64,000 bases of DNA, taken from Lama glama. Its lineage: Eukaryota. Below the pieces are notes generated by a model. The model had not been told where the DNA came from, did not search any database, and saw only the letters and a list, made by a program, of their open reading frames with translations. A program made the position numbers and the translations under genes. Numbering within the stretch: the stretch's first letter is position 1; each line of letters opens with the position of its first letter. Positions 59,221 through 64,000 of the stretch are shown here, piece by piece. The stretch spans positions 43,526,001 through 43,590,000 of the forward strand of contig CM052816.1 of the NCBI GenBank assembly GCA_028534125.1, read 5' to 3'.

Positions 59221-62200
59221 CTGCTCTAGCTTTGTTTATTGCATGCATAAATAATCATACTTCAATGAACACGTTAGTATCTATGATGTCTTCCCAGATT
59301 AGGGTTGCCTCGAGTCTGCTTGCTTTGGCTACTGTAAATGTGACATGAATTACGCTCAGGAAAATGTGTCTAACATGCTGGGTTTGAAGTAAATTATTTT
59401 CTTCTAATATACCTACACAACTGTCACAAGGAATTACACTGCAGATTTAGTGATGTTAAGTGTCAATTGTAATTTGGTGACAGCCATTTTATTGGCTATG
59501 CATACTGCTCTGCTAGGACTGCTGCTCAGTATGGAGGCCACCGTATCATTAAAAACCAGTGATCCTTCACTGATGACATAATTTGACTGGCAGAGAGAGG
59601 AGCAGAGAGGGGCTTGCTTCCACCTGCACAGAATCTGCTGTATGTCAGAGATGAATTTGCCTTCAAATTAGAAACAGCACTGCAGATGAGGGGCTGTGAT
59701 TTTGCTTGAGTTCTTTTAAGGCGTTTTTCTGGAATGGTTACTGAGCAGCTGATAGAAGTCTCCTTTAATATGTCAAACATATATATTATGCAGCCTGTAA
59801 ACATTTCAAATATTTTTAGTCATAGCTTACAGTGAGTTATCTGTGAAACGGTTTCAGCTGAACTGAACCACATGTATTTCTGCACTTATCCATCCATTCT
59901 TTTGTCTATAACTCTGTCTTTGGCATAGGTTCTGGGAGTAAAATTTATGTGCTAAAACGGTAACCAAAAAAAAAAAAAGAAAAAAAAAGCCCGACAAAAC
60001 CCCACCAAGGTCTAATATGTGCCTATATTATGTGTTTCGGCAGGTAGGATAAATCACTTGCGCTATGTAAAAATTTACAGTAAGAACAGAACTATAATCA
60101 TACATTCTGAAAATTTTATAAACTGACAATTCAAGTTATGTGTTTTATGCTAATATACGTTGTGGTTGGGTCTAATAAACTGTGACTCACTCATAAATAG
60201 TGGACAAGCTGGTGGCACTCACAGGCAAGCACATACGCAGACTCACACCCATTCTGTACTTATGCAGGAAACAGGAAATAGAGTCCAAGACTTTCTTAGC
60301 AAATTTAAATCAATATAACTGCATTCCATTTTCAGTATTTAAATTAAATTTTTGGCTGCAAGGCACTGTAAGGAACAAAGCAAAGTACCTTAAAAGAGAG
60401 TGTATCGCTCGTAATTTTACCTCATTTCACACCTATTTGACAGCTTCTCTTAGCCAATTGGTTTCATTGAAAACGCTGACAATACTCACCTATTAGAGCC
60501 CTGCCCTTCTATGTGGAGACCATTCCTCTTAGATACACTTTATTAGCTTTCAACGTGGAAAAATAACTTTTTCTCTCATCACACCGCTGACACCTGCCAC
60601 TCTTCCCCCTTTCTCTTAGCACAGCATTATTTACTTATTTATTAAGCAAAGAAACTTTGCAGAACAAGAAATGGCATAAATTATTCAGCCAATTTCAGGT
60701 CAGCCACATAAATCATACTCAGGCTGACAAGCTACTTATGACAAATGCTTTGTCTAAGAGAAATACACCGCTGAAGGTTTAATCAGAGGCGCTAAGCATT
60801 TCAGCCTTTCCAGTTTTCCTTCTTGGCCAGGAACTCTCCTTCTCTGATTACAGAGGCTCTCGAGAATGCTCTTTTTTCCCTAGGAGAATACTGAGCCCGT
60901 TTTATCCACGGGAGGGAGGAAGGTGTTAATAAAAGTACACTTTTCTGCAGGAAAATTCTAAAAGAGGTTGGCAAATCTTCTCAATTTTTGCACGCATATT
61001 CCGGGGCCAACTAGTTGGATATGTTAATAGCTGTTCCCATGATGGGTCGTCAAGTTCTACTTTTCAAGACTGGTCAGGGTGTTTCCGCACTGACCGCAGA
61101 AAAGGCCGATGGGATCAGAAGCCGGGGGACTCGGGTAGCTGGCACAGCAGGAGCCGCCGCTCAGCCTCTCATCTCGTCGTGGGCTCCTAAGGCTTCTGCC
61201 ACTTATATGTTTTTTAACTGAAGCTTCCTCCTTTACTGCCTTGTTAATATAGATGGGCCCCATAAAAATGCTTGATGACAGCATGGTAGGCTAAAATATG
61301 CCCGTAAAAAATCTTTTTTTTGAGTAAGCTTCTAATAATGGTGATGTTTTTTCCAGTAAGAGGAATAAAATCTTGATTCCCCTAAATACTTTAATTGCCA
61401 ACTCTTTCTTTGCGTTACCACTTAATTCCTAGACCATCACTGATTCCAGGCATATATGTTTGTTATTGGGGACATCAGATATTTGGAACGACTTTGAAAC
61501 TTAAAAAATATATGAGGTCTGTGCTTGATTTTGATCACCATTTACTCTGAAGGGAACATTTCTACTATGCTAAAGCAGTTAGCAGGGTGATTTTTCCTTT
61601 TTTTGAATTTGGGGGTTTTTGTTTTGTTTTGTTTTGTTTTTGGCAACAGAAGACTTGTCACTTACTAAGGAAATCCAGCCATTTCTTCAGTGAGAATGGT
61701 CATGGCTGAGCAAAGACTAGCTCACCCAGTTTCCTCACCCAGTTTTAGTCCAAAAGGGGACTATGCTGTCCAAGTTAAAACCACTGGGAAACACTGGGAG
61801 AAGGCAGAATTATGCTGGTAGTGGCAGTGGCAGAAGCATGAGGGATTGTGGTTTTGGAGGACAGAGGCGGGGAAAATGTCAGGAGAGATTTGTCCACACC
61901 TGCAGTCCCCCCAGCTCTCTGTGGAAGCCAGTCTGAGTGGCCAGTGCCCCCAGCCAACCTGAGGGCTCTCCTTCGGTGATGCCAGTAGAAAAGCAGGACC
62001 CGGTGCACAGCCCGACTTCCCTCTGGGCCTGTTTTTCACTGTAGTTTCTGGACTCAGCCCTGCTCGTCTTATAAGCTCTGAGTGAACTGTGGCCCAGGAA
62101 GCTGTGGCCCTGGGCCACGTGACCGAGTACTCCTTTTCTAGGGGACAGGTGGCATTTTGCCGTAAAAAGTTACAGCGCGTGGCTCTCCTGAGGAACATGC

Positions 62201-62807
62201 ATCAAGTTTATTTTCTGACTAGTAAATGAATAAGTTTTTCTGACTCAATTGGGAATGAAAGGGAAATAACCTGCCTTTGGAGCTATCCCAGGATCTGATT
62301 CGTTTGGAGCGGTTCATGCAATTTAACAACAACCCAGTCTTCAGAGGACTCTGCGGTACGTAAGCCTCGCAGATGAGGAAACTCTGGCTCCACAGGCGCT
62401 GAGGGAGATGTGGGTAACTTCGAGCAATGCTGGGGGAGAAAATTTAGCTCAGAAAAATGTCAGTAAAATTCCAGGTACCCCCATTCTAGACAGACTCATT
62501 TAAATCCCCAGGTTTTTAGGGGATGGTATTACAGTGCACTCTTAGAAATAGTTTGGTTGTGATTATTGTCTGTCCAGGGTTTATGTCCACTTGATTATAT
62601 TTGTTGTTTATTTTGTCAGAGAAGTTGGGGAGAATCTATGTAGGCTAGTAAAGAAACTAGAGGAGGCAAGTGCAAGGATTGAGATCTTATCCTAGCAAGA
62701 GTTTAGAATTTTAAATAAAAGGAAATAAGTCAGTACAGTTATGAATGTTATGACTTCTTCATTGAACAACTTAATTTCTCTTAGACCAAGTTATCATTGT
62801 CTGTAAC

Positions 62808-62941
62808 TAGGGTGAGCCTCTCTCCCAGTTTTCCCAGGACAGTCCCAGTTTATGTCTGTTGAACAAGCTTAGTGATAAATAATATCCCCTTTTATTCTTA
62901 AAAGTGTCCTAACTTGGGAAATCAATTATGTAGTCACCCTA
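62808..62941 (-). mobile_element. MER94-like hAT-Blackjack non-autonomous DNA transposon
   Basis: 134 bp with terminal inverted repeats TAGGGTGA...TCACCCTA. Internal GGACAGTCCCAGTTTA and AAAAGTGTCC match recalled MER94. Confidence 0.85.
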
Positions 62942-64000
62942 ACCAGAAAGAAAGTTCCCTTGAAAGCTAATAGATTTGTGTAAAGGATGAAAGTGGAAAT
63001 GTTTTGATTTGGTTTTCAAATCTGGTTTCCTGAAGTGATGGAGTGAGCAGGCAGGGAACGTGGAAACCAGAGCAAACCATGCCTAGGTGATAACACACTG
63101 AGGTCTGCATCTTTCCTCCAACTGTTGTCACATGTCCTTTGTCTTTCCTCCCTAGGCAAACTGAGGATATTTTGAAATGTTTTCAGATAAACAACTTAGG
63201 ACTCAAAGTAGTTTCAGGTTTTCTTTTATGGTTATAATTTTTTTTTAAAAAGTGAGGAACTGAATTTCATATGTCTTGCTTAAATTAATTAGGAAGTTAG
63301 GCGTGACATCAAATTTCACTTTATTCCATTGTGAGAATTATCCTGGATAGAGTATTAGAGTAGATGCTAGCCTTCTGAGAGCAGTCATCAATGAATTATA
63401 AGTAGAGTATGACCAATAGATTCAATTTTTGTGTGATGTGGAAGTTCTGATTCTGCCAAAGTTAAAAGAGACTGCCAATGAGTTAACTTAAGAAATAACG
63501 TGATTAAAAATATTTGTAAGCATGGACACTACTTACTTTTAAATATTTAAGCAATATTTTTCATAAATTTAGAAATTTCAATTTATCATATCATTTATGT
63601 TTAATTCTCTAGAAGTTAAAAGTTACACTTAATTGCCTGACAGGTTTTTTGTTTGTTTGTTTAAACATATTCTCATTAATGTGAGGTTGCTGTGACTAAT
63701 GACTTTTTTGGGGGTATTTTTGTTAGTGAAGCATGCATTAAATTAATCACTTGAAAAATGTGTACATGAAATGATATATTCAAGGTCTTTGGGAAAATAG
63801 GAAACATACAACATGGGTATGTTTTGCTAGGAATATTATCTTCTATTTTGATTAACTTATTTTTCGTGTAACAAAACTCTAAATTGTTAATTGAGGAAAC
63901 ACCTGTTTTACCTGATTTTCTTAAGTGCACCGGATAGATAGTGGATGCCTTGCAGCAAAATTCTCATTAAACCAAGGATCCCATAATATGAGCTACAATG

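Noticed and set aside
61761..62198. 145-aa minus-strand ORF and the other 60-135 aa ORFs in the track
   Set aside because: No recognisable domain, many start at non-ATG codons, and their lengths are as expected by chance in 64 kb of six-frame mammalian DNA.

Overview
Mammalian (eutherian) genomic DNA, probably camelid. This rests on the young LINE-1 3' ends, which resemble camelid L1 as I recall it, and on the absence of recognisable Alu, B1/B2, BovB/Bov-tA, PRE-1 or CAN-SINE copies. The window reads as intergenic or large-intron sequence, and I find no intact, recognisable cellular protein-coding gene. The only clearly protein-derived sequences are an L1 ORF2 reverse-transcriptase fragment (11406-11996, minus strand, YADD motif) and a decayed L1 ORF1 piece (about 17.4-17.6 kb). 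The rest is a patchwork of old repeats (MIR, L2, L3/CR1, L1M, MLT1/ERVL LTRs, MER94), three young L1 insertions with target-site duplications, a 608-bp ERV solo LTR with exact termini and TSD, a 500-N assembly gap, microsatellites, several CpG-rich patches (about 5.9, 24.5, 43.9 and 57.7-58.3 kb) and long repeat-poor blocks that may be regulatory. The most notable observations are: (1) all three young L1 tails have a poly(A) split by a different 9-13 nt spacer, possibly systematic micro-3'-transduction; (2) an ~83-bp copy of nearby unique sequence pasted into an L2, right where an ERV later integrated; (3) a chain of minus-strand splice signals (about 35.1 to 20.4 kb) that could be an unannotated lncRNA, microprotein gene or decayed gene. 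None of this establishes a new biological system. Repeat family names come from recalled consensus sequences, and boundaries without a TSD are approximate.
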